Shown: one piece after another, positions 11,520-25,600 of the stretch | Layout of the letters: each line of letters begins with the position of its first letter | Position numbering within the stretch: the first letter of the stretch is position 1 | DNA from: Azolla caroliniana | Lineage: Eukaryota; Plantae; Polypodiophyta | Assembly: GCA_043228905.1 (NCBI GenBank) | Contig: JBHGNT010000001.1 | Span: 18,290,001-18,354,000, forward strand | Direction: 5' to 3' | Length of the DNA stretch: 64,000 nt | Made by a program: the position numbers and the translations under genes | The notes under the pieces: generated by a model | Told to the model about the DNA's origin: nothing | Seen by the model: the letters and a program-made list of their open reading frames with translations, nothing else | Databases searched by the model: none

Positions 11520-14470
11520 GAGCTCAATAGGAAAGGAGAAAGAATAAGAGGTTAGCATGGTAGAGAAAATAGAGACAAGATACATCAACAAAGTATATTA
11601 AGAAAAACCCTACAAGAAACCCTAGCCAGATAGGTAAAGAAGAGGAAGAATGAAACCCTATGGGAAACCCTAAACTGAAACCCTCAAAATGGCGACTCCC
11701 CAAAGAAAACCACAAAAGTGGAAGCCCTCACAAAGTGACCCCTCACTCCCTTTTATAGTACTAAGGGGTGAGGATCATTACATAAATGGGAGTCAAATCC
11801 CTCCTCCTTTAATGGGGAATATCTCCCATGATCTTAAATCGGTAGGCCTTTAAGTCTCTCCCCTCACGCTTTCAATGCCATTGGCCATCACATTTGTACT
11901 CCCCACATACTCCCCTTTCCTACGTGCCCATGTGCACATAAGTGCACACCATATTAACACTTAACGAACTTTCGTAGAACACCTTACACTTTACATTTGC
12001 TTATTTACTCCTAGGTTACTAATTTAATAAGTATATGTGCTATGTTGCACATCTCGTTTTATTCGTCCCACTCGGGTTTTCCCACCATGGCCGAAAATCT
12101 TCCCAACATCTGCCCGCTCCAAACCACACATCTACCAGTATGTGCCAGGAAAGGTGAAGAGGTGAGCTTTTCGGCAGTGGTGATCAACCAAGTTTCGCGG
12201 CATCCTTGTTGGCCTTGCCCGACTTCGTCTTCCATTTCGAGCACGCATTTCCTTTCCACACGAACCACAATAGCCTCACGATCCACCATCTCCGCCACGA
12301 GTTTCCGAACTGTCGGCTCCATCCGATCCACCATACTCGACGCTCAAGCCTTCTTCCCCGGCCGGTCGTAGTAGACCTCCCGGATGATGTCCCCGATCTG
12401 ATCGCTCTTCCTTTGTAGGCTCTATCCATGCGTTGATGTTGACCTCCGAATATGAACTCTTTCTTAGGTCCTTATGTGACTGCATTATGTGCTCCTCATT
12501 TTGTCCTTGCCCGCGGTGCTCTCTCATGGTAGAGCGCACCTCCACCCCGACATCCGTGCGAGGGTTCCCCGCTTCGGTGTCCTCCACAGCTCTTGTTACC
12601 GCTTCATCTTAATGCACACCCGCTCGGCCCCACCCGTCCTTCGGGACGCCGTGTTTGCTCTTGCTGGTGTGTAGCCTTTCGTTCTCCATGCACCTCTTTT
12701 GTTTCCCTAGATACGACCCTCCGCTCATGCCAATCACGCTCGTCTCGTTCCGTCGATGTCGTCACCTCGCCGCGCCGTCTTTCGACCTGTACTTGCCTCT
12801 CAAAGGCTCAACCCAAATGCTATCGTTGGTCACTTGTTTTCACTCTTCCGAGTGCATGCTTGTTTCTTGGCCCTACGCCGACCATAGTGCATGCTTTGTA
12901 TTACGCACTTCACCCATCGTAGAACCAACCTCCACGTTAGCTCCTCCTCCCTTCGTTGTTGTAGTCCTTTCCAACTCTGATTGGCACTCTTAGCGTTGCT
13001 TGTTCATCTTTCCACACTAGATACTGGCTTTGGCATCCACATTCGCTTCAACCTCCGTCTCCTCGCCGCCACGCGCCATCTCTTCGGTCTTACGTTCATC
13101 CGCAATTGCTGAAGTCTCGAGATTAGGTATGCGGAGTTCCTCTCACTCTCGGTCTTCCACCGAGCCGTAGTCATCGTCCCCGCTTGGCCTCCTCCTCACA
13201 CTCACCAGCTCCCACCGTGTGTTGGGGCTTGTTCGCCTCGATCTCCAATCATGTCGGCTTATCCCTTGTCCGAATCGATCTCGACCGATCAGGTTCTGGT
13301 TCGGTCGACTCTCTTCCGTATTTGTACTCGACGAATACGGGTTTGGCTGAACAATTTCGATCATCTCGGCTCTTTTTCAGTTTGGGCCCGGTTGATCGGC
13401 CCCCACTCCATTATTCTTCCGTGTTGTATTCCAGTCAGGTCGGTTCCTGACTCTCTCCTCTTTGTCACTCCTAGCCTCTCTATCGATCCTTTTGTATATG
13501 CCCGCTCCGGGCCTCGCATCCTCAGGGCCACCGCCCATCTCTCTGGTCTTATGTTGGCTCTTGAGCGCAACCGTCGTAGTCTCTGGCACCGGTGTCGAGG
13601 GATATCGCCTCCGTCCGCTACAATCTTGCTCATTCTCCTTGTTGTCGTCTCAGCCTCCCACCTTGCTGCCGCCACCGTCTGTCTCTCCGGTCTCACGTGG
13701 GCCCTCGTGTCAGACCGCCGAAGTCTCTAGAACCGGTGTGGGCAAGGTCCCATAGCCACCGCTAGTCGATATCATGTCCGTAGCCACCTCGGTCCGGACG
13801 TTGTCATCCGTCGCTACCCCGTCTCCAATTACGCAAGTCTCGATTATGCTTGCCTCCTCACTCAATGTTTCGGGCAACCGTGTCCCAAAACTTCCGCCCA
13901 CTCTCGAAGTGGCGCTCATCGCTCCATAGTCCCCGGCCTTCTCAATGGCCGTCCCTTTTTCGCAAGATGAGAGGGTCGCTCACTTCACACCCTCTCCCAT
14001 GTCGTCATTGTACGCTCTTTCAGCCTCCACATAGGCCCCATCTTCTACGCATAGGGAGGTGTCGTCCTTCGCGTCCTTTGATCCTCTTGGACCCGACCCT
14101 TCTTCGGTTTCGATCTTTTTCCTCAATATCTCGCATGCCTCTTGTACCAAAGCTTCTAGGTCAAACTACTCCGATCCATCATGCATTGAGCTCTCTTTTG
14201 ATGATAGAGCATAGTCACTCACCACCCTCTCTTCTCTGCCGCTCACGGGCCGTGTTGTGGCCGACCGCTTCTCATCGTGTTGTAGGCATACCCACTCCAC
14301 CTCGGACAAATCCTCAGTGAGGTCGTGTGCTCCAAATCATCTTCGAGCTCATATAAAATGTCCATCCGCTCCTCTCGATGGACCGTCTTAAAAAATAGGA
14401 GGACTTTGTCCACCTCCACTGATCTCCAATCCCGCTTCGATATTTGAGCGAAACGATGCTCGAACTCTCA
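11520..14470 (-). mobile_element. Degenerate gypsy-like fragment: gag relic, accessory region and LTR-like segment (11.5-12.0 kb)
   Basis: 14460-14320 on the minus strand translates EFEHRFAQ..DKVLLFFKTV..ELEDD, similar to the gag at 35480-35640 (DKTLYFLKAM..ILEDD). Boundaries are approximate. Confidence 0.5.
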
Positions 14471-17414
14471 AAATGCTTCCATTGCACTCCGATGGGGCTT
14501 CACCGATGCCACCCATCGATCGAACTCATGCCGACTTCTCCCCTCCGGTTTCTTGTACTCGTATGCCTCCAATGAAGCTTCCATCCTCGTCCTCCCTTGC
14601 CGACCTTTCACGTCGCATCCGAATGAACAGACCGATTCAAACAAAACAACCCAAACTAGTCGATCTAACGAACTCAGACAAGCCGACCCGGCCGACATAC
14701 AATCCGGATGACTAGCAAAATTAGGCTAGATCCCGACTTTACATCCGCCAATTCGACCGAATGCCGACTGCCTTGTATGTATACAACCGTAACTTTAGAT
14801 TAAAATTGTAAGCTAGGCTCATGGGGGAGATAACCCCAACTATTAGTGTATACATAGTGATAGATGTCATGAAGGGTCTGAAGATTGAGGATGAATTGGA
14901 GACGGCCAATTCAGACAAGAGGTGCAAAAAAATCAAAGTCACTCAATTCGGAAGCGGTGATTGATTCGAAGGAGCCAGATCAACTGAAGGCCAAATGGGC
15001 AAGGAGGTAGTAGAAGCCGACACAAACACGGAGGAACTGACAGGTCGAGACGGGTCGGAGTTGCAATAACAAAGGAGTTGAGATGGGCCTTTTGAGTAAG
15101 TGAAGAAGATCGAGATGCGTGGAACCAGATGCGTCGCGACAAGACGAACCGAACCGGACGTAGAACATGAGCCAGGTGGGAGGACGCCGGGAAGAGCTGG
15201 AGGACAGGACCGACTACCACTGACACTGACACTGCGATCCGACCTCAAGTTGAGCTTCAGGGGGAGTGTTGAACGGATAAGCTCAACCGGATCTGGATCG
15301 GCTAAAAAAGCCAAAGCCGTATCGGTGTCCGGATGGTATCCGGGACCAAGAGGCGGATCAGACTGTAACCGGCGGGCTGTTAGAGGCCTACGAATCTAGC
15401 CTAGTATGCAAGCATATTTTTAGGAGTCAGTGTTAGTCGTTGGTATGAGCATAGAAGTACTTGTCAATACTTCTGTCAGTGCTTTTATGGATTTGTATAA
15501 AAGTGCTCACTGAGCACATTGTGTGTACAAAGCGTTATTATTCAAATTGATTTTATTGTGTTGCCCTCTCTGTCTCTGTGATTCAAGTTCCATTAAACCT
15601 TGTCTTTGTTTTCTGTTGCTATCCAGATAAACCGGTTTGTCAAAGCTTCCACATATTAAATTTGACAAATATTCATTGTAATAGTGATCGTTTTGTATAT
15701 TGCCTTTGGCCACATTAAGTTTAATACCAATGGAGGATATTTTTTTGGATAAAAAAGAGGTTGCCATTTGTTTCATCAATGTGTTTGAGAAAAAATAATG
15801 GTATGGGTTCATATGAGTCTATCCATGAAACCCAAAATAATGTTAATTTGTTAGTAATTTCATTATTGATATGCATTTTGAATTGTTCCATGTGTGCTCT
15901 TTGAGATATATATGTCAAGTTCAAGATTGTTTTATGTTAGATTACATTGTTTTTTATCACTCTATATTCTTCATATGTCTCAATAAACTAAAAGAAAAAC
16001 TTATATGTGGCTTATATATGTTATACCCATAGAATGTAATATTTGTGTTCGTGGAAGCAATCAAACGTTTGAAAACGTTTGGAAACGAACATGTTAGAAA
16101 AGGGAAAAATACATGTTCCTTTTTTTTATACTTGTTTTTTACTTCTCCCTCTCTCCTCCTCCTCATGAATCTTCTTCTGCTACTGATGATCAGAACACCA
16201 CACATCCGCCATATCTTGGCAGCCATGATTCCTCCAACCATTTTGTTGTGTTTCTTGATCCTCGTTCTTCCCACCTAGTCTACGGGTATGGCTATGGCGA
16301 TCTTCTTTACAACAATTCTGCCACCAGACCATGGATGTAGTGCTCCCTGGCTTCTGCTACATCTCAGCCTCAATATAATTCATGAGTAGCGATGGGGAGC
16401 TCTAGGCAGTAGGTGTGGCTCATGATCGTGGAGAGGATAAGGGAGGAGATCCTTACAGCTAGGGACGTGCTTAGAACCAACATTAATCTCAAGAGCACCA
16501 TGATCATGAGCAAGAAGAATAGAAGCTTAATCCACAATGTCGACGTTGTTGTCGACAAGGTTGTTTGTGCAGAAGAACAAACAACATCTGTGATGTTGAA
16601 GGACCTGTGTATGAGAATGAATAAGATACACACAGAGAGAGAGATATAGGCACAAAGAAACGTTTTATTTCTTGAGAGCAACAATTAAAAATGACAACCA
16701 ACCAACCAACCTTTTACTAAGGGTTACAAAGTCACTTTATATAGTGACTATCCTAGGGCAACTGCCCTTTATGCTATTTACAGAAATAGCCCAAACATGG
16801 GCTGTCCAAAGGGGCAGTGTGAATACCGCCATTATAAACTCGTATTCGACACTCCCCCATAATGGGCGTATACATGGGTTATCTTGAATTATAGGTATAT
16901 ACAAGGTTTATTGGACAAATCGGTTTTGTTCGAGTCGGCAAGATCTGAAGATAGAAGATCGAACCGGTTAGGTTGGAAAAGCTGAAGCCAATCCTCAAAG
17001 AACCGATGTCGCTTGTCCGAAACCATCTTGTGTTGTGTGTCCGACTTTTTAACCGGACCGATTTTTCGTTACGCCCATCTGGTGCCGAAGGGATCAGAAG
17101 TGATCCACCGAAAGACACTTGGTCATTCCATCTGCGACATTATCGGTTGTGGATATCTTCTCGAGACCAATTTTCCCTAAACTGACGCAGTCCTGAACAA
17201 AGTGATATCGAACGTCGATATGCTTGGAGGCGTTGTGGTGAACCGGATTTTTTGACAAAACAACAACACCCTGACTGTCGCTGTAGACAACTGGAGCCGA
17301 GTCGAGGTTGACTTGTCGAAACGTGTGCGCCAGCCGACCGAGCCATAAAGCTTCTTTCGCCGTGTCGGACGCAGCTACATATTCCGCTTTGGTCGTTGAG
17401 GTGGTTGTGCACTC

Positions 17415-18640
17415 CTAAAGTTTAGACTTCCACGAGATTGCTCCATTGCTGAATATGAAACAATATCTAGTTGTTGATTTCCGACTGTCCACGTAGGCGA
17501 CGAAGTCCGAGTCGGTGTAACCGACTACGCCTGAGGTTGAGTTCGGGCCAAAAAGAATGCCGTGGTCTTTTGTGCAATCTAGATATCTGAACACATGCTT
17601 GACTGCGTTCCAGTGTGATCGGCCTGGGTTGTGCATGAATCTGTTGACGACTCCTACGGCGTGAGAAATATCAGGCCGTGTCGCGATCATCGCGTACATA
17701 AGGGAGCCGACTACCGGTGCATACGGTACCGACTTCATATCTTCCCCCTCCGGACCAGATGTCGAGCTATCTCACTGAGATAGCCGAAGGTTAGTGGGGA
17801 GCGGGGTCGAAGCAGACATGGCTGAGTGCATGTTGAAGCGTTCCAAGACATGTCCGATGTAGTTGGTTTGAGACAAGAAAAGTTGTCGTTTATCGCGATG
17901 CCGACTAATCTTCATACCAAGTATGTGTCTTGCCGGACCGAGGTCCTTCATGGCAAACTTCAACCGTAGTTTCCGAATGAGTTCAGTGAGCTCTCCGGCA
18001 TGTCGGCCGCAGATTAGCATGTCGTCCACCTAAATGATGAGGAAGATGGGAGACCCGTCTGGAGCTGTTTTGGTGAAGAGACAGTGGTCCTCATCGCTCT
18101 TAGAGAAGCCGACTGACTGGATGAAGTCATCGAACTTCTTGTACCATTGTCGGGGTGCCTGTTTCAAGCCGTATAAACTCTTCCTGAGTCGGCAAACTAG
18201 ATGTTCCTGGCCGGATGTCCCAAAGCCTTGCGGCTGCTCCATATAGATTTCCTCCTGTAGGTCACCGTGGAGGAATGCCATTTTTACATTTAGCTGAATC
18301 ACCTCCAAGTTGTCGGCGGCCACGACGCCGAGCATGAAACAAAGGGTTGCCATTTTCACCACATGTGAAAAGATTTCGTCGAAATCGACGCCATATTCTT
18401 GTCGAAATCCCTTTGCAACTAATCTAGCCTTGTACTTTGGGTTGGTCGAGTCGGACGTCTCTTTTAGTCGATAGACCCACTTACACGGAAGAGAACGTCG
18501 ATTCTTCGGTAATTCGACCAAGTCCCAAGTCTTGTTTACGCGAATGGAGTGCATTTCCGACTCCATCGCCAGATGCCAGGTGGCTGAGTCGGCAGATGCC
18601 GATGCTTCTTTGTAAGACGTCGGTTTGCCGGCGTCGATAA
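17415..18640 (-). pseudogene. pol: Copia reverse transcriptase of the outer element; RNaseH deleted
   Basis: YKARLVAKGF, LRKSLYGLKQAPRQWY, (Y)VDDMLI, VGSLMYAMIATRPDI, GYTDSD. Confidence 0.92.
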
Positions 18641-19229
18641 AGAAAATTCCAGGAGAGTACCTTTCTAGAGGTTGCAAAAGTCTCTCGGATCTTCGAGGTA
18701 TGACTAAACTGGGTGCATCGAGTATAGGTGTTGGATGGTCGGAAGCCGAGCCATTTGTATTAGAGACATGTACTAAAGTAAGCATTAGATAAGGATAGAT
18801 CTAGGTAGATAGAAAGAAAGGAGAGAGAGAAAGAAGGGTGCCGATCCACCCGACCACCCCCGAGCGAAGGGATCGAGATGGACTCGAGCCTCGATCGGCG
18901 TCCCATACCACCGTCGTGGCGTCGAGTCGTATCTGGTGTTGGTGTGATTTGCTACAAGAGTTGACCCACCACAAGACAGAGTCTCGACGTAGTCAACAAG
19001 ATCCTGAAATGAGGGTAGCTCGACCTCTATTTATAGCGATACCCAAGGTCCCCAGCCATATTCACACTTGGCCTAATGGGTTGTCTCAATCCCGAGGATT
19101 TAAAAGTAATCCTCCCCTTCTTTACACTCTCGTTTAACCCTCACACTTATCCACGTGTATAGAATACTACGGTAAATTCTCACCACGGGATATTATATGG
19201 TCATGCCCGTAACATACTCCCCCCTCTTT

Positions 19230-22200
19230 AAAACATTGCACTCTTGCAATGGAAAGTTAGGGAATTTAGTTCTAAGAGTATTTTCGCGTTCCCATGTGGC
19301 ATCTTTTATTGATTTATCCATCCATTTTATTTTAAATTCTCGGATTTCTTTAGTAAGTAATTTTTTGTTTTAACATGGAGAATTATTTTTGGTACATGTG
19401 GTTTAGAAGATAATTCTTTAGATGTAACCAGAGTTTCAGTTGTAACTGTATTGTCGCTAGAACCTAGAAGTTCCTTTAGACGACTCACATGAAGGACTGG
19501 ATGAATTCCAACACCATCGGGAAGAGCGAGATGATAGGCTGATGACCCAATGCGTTTGAGGACTATAAAAGGTCCACAAAACTGTGGGGCTAACTTAGCG
19601 CACTTACCCGTAGACAATGTCTTAGAATTGTGAGGTACACGTAAAAATACCTTTTGTCCAGGGTTGAATACACGAGGTTGCCTATGATGATCGGCATAAA
19701 AACAGGCTCTATCTTGAGTTGTTTTTATATTATCTCGTGCAATATGCAACATATCTTGCATATCCCGAAGAAAGTTTTGCGTACTTCGCAACTCATCATG
19801 ATGTATATTAACATCAATCGGGGCTCGTGGCTAAAAACCATACATCAACATAAAAGGACTATATCTCGTCGACGTATGCTTGGAGCTGTTATAAGAAAAC
19901 TCCAAAATTGGGAGATAACGTTCCCATTTTGTTGGTTTTGCACCAACATATGCTCGAAGCATGTCCTCAATAATTTGATTTACTCGTTCTGTTTGTCCAT
20001 CAGATTGAGAATGATCCGTGGAGCTCATGCTCAACGTAGTTTCTAACTTCTTAAAGACTTGCGTCCAAAAGTCACTAGTAAATTTTGGATCTCGATCACT
20101 CACGATATCCATCGATAACCCATAAAAAGGAAATAACTCATCAACGAATTGGTAAGCCAATTTAGGAGCTATTACCGTGGTTTTAGTAGCAATAAATCTA
20201 GCCATTTTAGTTAGTCGATCACCCACAACCCAGATGGCATCATGGCCTTTTTGGGTGCGAGGAAGGCTAACAATAAAATCCATGGATATACTTTCCCACT
20301 TATTATTGGGAATCTCCAAGGGATGTAAAAGTCCTACGGCTTTAAGTCGCTCAGCTTTGTTAACCTGACATTGGTGACATTTAGTCACATAGCTATGTAT
20401 GTCAGGGCGCATCTTAAGCCAATAAAATTGAGTGGAGATGAGAACGAGTGTACGATGTATTCCAGGGTGCCCTGCTGAGGGTGCATCATGGCATTCAAAA
20501 AGAATACTCTTTTTGACCTCGAGTAAATCTGGAACACAAACCTTCCCATTACCGTAGAGCAGACCGTTAGCAATGTGGAAGTATTCCTTCAAGGATGTCG
20601 TGGTGTCTATTCCAGACTCAACTCTTGCCTAGTATTTTGCAAAATAATTGTCATCAGGATACTTTCCTCGAAGGTCATCATAACGATATGATGTTATTTC
20701 AATGAAGCTAAGCATGTTAACTTCACGGATGCGGCTTAGTGCATTAGCGATAGTATTCATATAACCTTTACGATATCGTATGGAAAAATCAAAGTTCTGG
20801 ATGAGATCAGCCCATCGTGCCTTACGACCTTTCAGGTCTTGTTGGTCACAAAAATATTTCAAGGACTCGTGGTCCGTAGTTACCACAAAGTGATTTCCAT
20901 AAAGATAATGGCGCCATGTTTTGAGCGCATGTATAACTGCAAATAATTCCTTTTCTTGAACGGTATACCGACATTGAGCAGAATCAAGTTTCTTACCTGT
21001 CGAATGCTATTGGTTTACCATCTTGATATAAGACAACACCTATAGCATAATCGGTTGCATCGGTTTCAACCTCAAAAGGTTTTGACGGATCGGGTAAAAG
21101 AAGTGAAGGAGCCTTGCATACCAAGTCCTTGAGTTCCTTAAAGGTGAGGTCTAGTGTAGCATTCCAGACAATAGGTTTTGTAGACTTACGCATTTGACCT
21201 TTTAAAATATTAGTAAATGGCGTCGTCAATTGGGAGTAATTACGAAGGGATTTTCGCAAAAACCCGACAAAACCAAGGAATGATCGAACTTCTCGAATGT
21301 TCCGAAGAGTGGGCCAAAGCTTGATTTTCTCGATGTGAGAAGGATCAATTTCAACTCCTCGTTCGGTTATGAGATGTCCAAGGTAAGTAATTGATTTCTT
21401 GAAGAACTCACATTTTGAGATCTTCTCATAAAACTGTTTGTCACGCAATGTTTGTAAAACAAAGCGGACATGTTTAGCATGTTCTTGTAATGTACGGCTC
21501 TAAACTAAAATATCATCCAAGAAAATAACGATAAATTTGCCAAGTTGTTCTCGGAAAATGTCATTCATTTCTTGTTGAAATGTAGCCGGAGCATTGGTCA
21601 AACCAAAAGGCATAACCAAAAACTCATAATGGCCATAGTGCGTACGAAATGCCGTTTTAGGAACATCGTCCTCACTTATACAAATTTGATGGTAGCTAGT
21701 ACGGAGATCAAGTTTCGTAAAATACCGGGCTCCCTGGAGACAGTCAATTAGATCGTCAGCCCGGGGCAATGGATATGAATTCTTGATCGTCACTTTATTC
21801 AAGCGTCGGTAATTAATACACATACGCCATGTGCCCTCTTTCTTTTTAACCAAGAGAACTGGTGTACCCCATGGAGATTTACTATAACGTATATAACCCA
21901 TTCGTAAATAGTCCTTGAGTTGCTTAGCTACCTCATCCTCTTCAGATCGACTTAAGCGATAAGGAGGTACACTTATTGGTGCAACGCCATGTACAATATC
22001 TATACGATTGTCTATATTACGTTTAGGAGGTAAACCATCTGGTAGTTCACCTGGAAAAACATCACGAAAATCATTTAAGATTTCATCAAGTTGTTGTTGT
22101 TCAAAATATGTTAATTGAACCGAGACATTATCGATATTGTAAACGTGAATGTTCAGATCAAGTACACAATAAAATAGAGTAGAACAAGACAAGTCCGATA

Positions 22201-22620
22201 TTGATGGACACGAGGAAACAATCGAGAGGGATTGTTTTTTTACACATTGAATAAAATGAGTACAATTGTTCAGTACAAATGTAATTGAATGATGAACCCA
22301 ATCAATAGATAAAGAAGAGTTTTTATTATAAAACCTGGGATAACCCAGTATTACATCGGTGGTAAAAAGATTCATTACATGGAAGTCTACTTCCTCTATA
22401 TAAGTGTCAATAGAAATTCCTAATGACTAAATCGCCCCATTGATGTATTGTACTCTTCCATTAGCCAAGTGCACCATGTAAGTGTGATCACTTACGGTGG
22501 GTTGGATTCCCCATATTTGAACCGAACGATCATTCACAAAGTTGTGTGAGCTTCCCGAATCAAATAATAATTGTATGGGAGATCCATTGATATACCCGTT
22601 TGCACGTAGTAAATCATTGG
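19230..22620 (-). pseudogene. pol: Chromovirus pol (PR-RT-RH-INT-chromodomain)
   Basis: ORF fragments 22427-22783, 21500-22375, 20993-21448, 20629-20886, 19831-20592 and 19327-19791. Confidence 0.93.
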
Positions 22621-22627
22621 GATCTAA

Positions 22628-25600
22628 TGTTAGGAAACAGGTCCCTCCGGATGGGAAGACCCGGTGAGAACCGGATGAGGAGTACCCGGAAACGGAGGAC
22701 CCGGTGAGAACCGGATGATGAGTGCTCGGAAAGCGCCGGATGATGCAGGCCCGGTGAGGAGTGCTCACCGGATGAAGGGACATATTCGTAAATATGTTTC
22801 TGACAATCCATCGGGGTTATATTTGTAAATAGCCAAAAAGTCATATTAGTATAAATATGACTTAGGGCAAACTTAGATATGTTGTTGTCATTCTTGTTGG
22901 CGAAAAAAAAATTAGAGCGCAACAATGTACAGAGACATAGAGAGAGAGAGAAAGAAACGAAGAGGTCGTTGCCTCTACTATAACCGCCGCCTGTAGCGAA
23001 GATCGTGAGCACGAGGTTGTTGCCTCCATGAGCTCACTATTGTAATCATTGTGATATAGTGATAGTTTGCAGTCCGTGGGCTGTCGTGGGTTTTCCCGTA
23101 TTCGGGTTTTCCACATAAACATCCTGTGTACTCTTCTCTCCATTGTGTCGTGCATTCATTCCCTGTTTTTCTGTGTTTTATGATTCTAAGCTCAGTTGTT
23201 GCCGAGCGTTGTTCACCGAGAGTGTGTAGTTCTTGTCAAACTGGTATCAGAGCGAAACAACACATAAAATGGACGAATCGTTGGGAGGCATGTTCAAGCT
23301 CACCGGCTCCAACTATTCCGTGTGGAAGTCGAAGATGAGGGACATGCTCATGGTTAAAGATCTTTGGTTGCCGGTTCAGTTCGGGGACAAGAGACCGGAC
23401 AAAATCGACGCCACGATATGGGAGGTGATGCACATGAAGACAACGACGTACATACGGTGCTTCATCGACATGAGCCTATACAACAACTTCAATGAAGAGA
23501 GCAAGGCTCATGAGCTCTAGGAGAAGATCGACATTATGTTTCAAAACAAAAATGTTGTTAACCAGATTTCGGTATTCCGGAAGCTAGTAAGACTCCGGAA
23601 CCAAGATGGCTCCAGCATGGCGGAGCACATGAATGCCTTCCAGGGGCTGATACACCAAGCAACATCATTGGAAGTACCTCTCGCCTATGAGGTACTAGTG
23701 CTACTCCTGCTCGGTTCCCTCCCGGATAGTTGGGAGATGTTGGTTGTCACTTTGGGCAATGCCGGGCCGGAAGGGAAACGGTTATCCCTAGCTAGAGTGA
23801 AGTCGAGCTTGCTAGATGAGGAGGCGCATCGGAAAGATAAGGATACGAGCTCCGACTCCAAAGCACTCCTTACCGAATCGGAACGTGGAAGACAAAGGAA
23901 CCGTAGTCCCCAGAACCGGGAAAAGTTGGGGACACGGTCAAAGTCAAGGGGGAGTCCTACTTGCTTCTATTGTGGCAAGCGAGGACACTTCCAGAAGAAC
24001 TGTCGGCATTTCCGAAAAGACAAGGAAACCGACGGTACCGATTCGAAGCAGACACCGGACTGGAACGGTAAAGACCGGACGGGGCTGGACTAGAACAGAA
24101 CGACGAAAATCATGGCAAGTGAAGAAGAGTTGATGCTCATCACCGAGGACAGTGAGCTAAACCTTGCCGGCGACGAGATGACCTGGGTGGTCGACTCCAG
24201 AGTGTCGTCCCACCTTACACCCGACCGGAAATGCTTCTCATCCTACTCAGCTGGTGATTACGGTTGTGTCCGGATGGGGAATGAAGGTACATGCCGAATT
24301 GTCGACATAGGAGACGTGTGGTTGACAACACGAACCGGATGCAAGCTGCTGCTGAAGGATGTCCGACACATTTCGGAGGTTCGTCTGAACCTGATATCAG
24401 CCGGTTGGCTAGATGATGAAGGCTACACAGGTAGCAATCGGAATGGTGTTATGAAGTTCAGCAAAGGGAGCCTGATTGTGGCTCGGGCCCAGAAGGTCAA
24501 CACCATGTAACTGATGAATGCCCAGTTATGTCCGGAGGAAGTAAACGTGGCCTCCGACACTACTGGTGAGTTGTGGCACAAGAGGTTCTGTCACATGAGC
24601 GAGGAGTGGATGAAGAGGCTTGCAGACGACAACTTCATTCTAGTGAAGAACGTGCACTTGGAGAAGTGCACTGACCTCCTTCCGATCGAGGCATCCGATG
24701 AGACGTAATGCACCACTGGAGTTGGTGCATACTGGTGTATATCAAGTGGACACGAAGTCACATGCCAGATCGCAGTACTTCGTGACGTTCATAGATGACC
24801 ACACCTGGAAGCTGTGGGCCACACCGTTGAAGACGAAGGATCAGGTGTTATCCGTCTTCAAAGAGCTCCACGCGAGAGTGGAAAGAGAAACCGGTCGGAA
24901 GCTGAAGGCGGTTCGAGTAGATAACGCGGGTGAATACCGGGGGAAGTTCGAGGAGTACTATCGCTCGAAGGGAATCCGGCTCGAATTTACCGTGCCGAAG
25001 ACGCCGGAACTAAACGGCCTAGGTGAGAGGATGAACCGGACCATAATGGAGAGGGTCCGGAGTATGTTGGCGCATGCAAAACTACCCAAGAAGTTTTGGG
25101 CTCATAAACAGATCACCCTCAGTACCCTTGGACGGAGACACACTATAGAGAGTCTGGACCGGTAAGGAAGTGTCCTACCGGCATCTAAAGGTATTTGGGT
25201 GTCTTGCGTATGTGCATGTAGCTAAGGACCGGAGAGGAAAAATAGATCCGAAGACCCGGCCATGCATATTCCTCGGTTACAACGACGATGAGTTCGGCTA
25301 CCGAGTGTGGGACCTGGTTGACAAGAAGGTATTCCGGAATCGAGATATTATCTTCATGGAGGACAAGACGCTCGCCGACTGGGAGTCGGAGAAGAAGATA
25401 ATGAACTTTGAGTCGAACGGTAAGGATCGATTCTACGATCAGCAGAGACCGGTTAGCACTCGAGGAACCAGCCGGTTATGGTGAGGATACCGAACCGGCA
25501 GAAGAAGAAGTAAATGAAGCTGAAACTGGAACCGGCCAAGACCCCGAATCGGGTTAGGATGAAGAGCAAATGGAGGAGCCGGTTACCAAAGCCCAATGAC

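Noticed and set aside
11600-11710. Interstitial telomere repeats (AAACCCT)
   Set aside because: These are dispersed telo-box-like motifs typical of LTRs, not a tandem array.
12042-15400. Dense overlapping short ORFs as host genes
   Set aside because: GC-rich retroelement-derived sequence; the translations are low-complexity antisense shadows.
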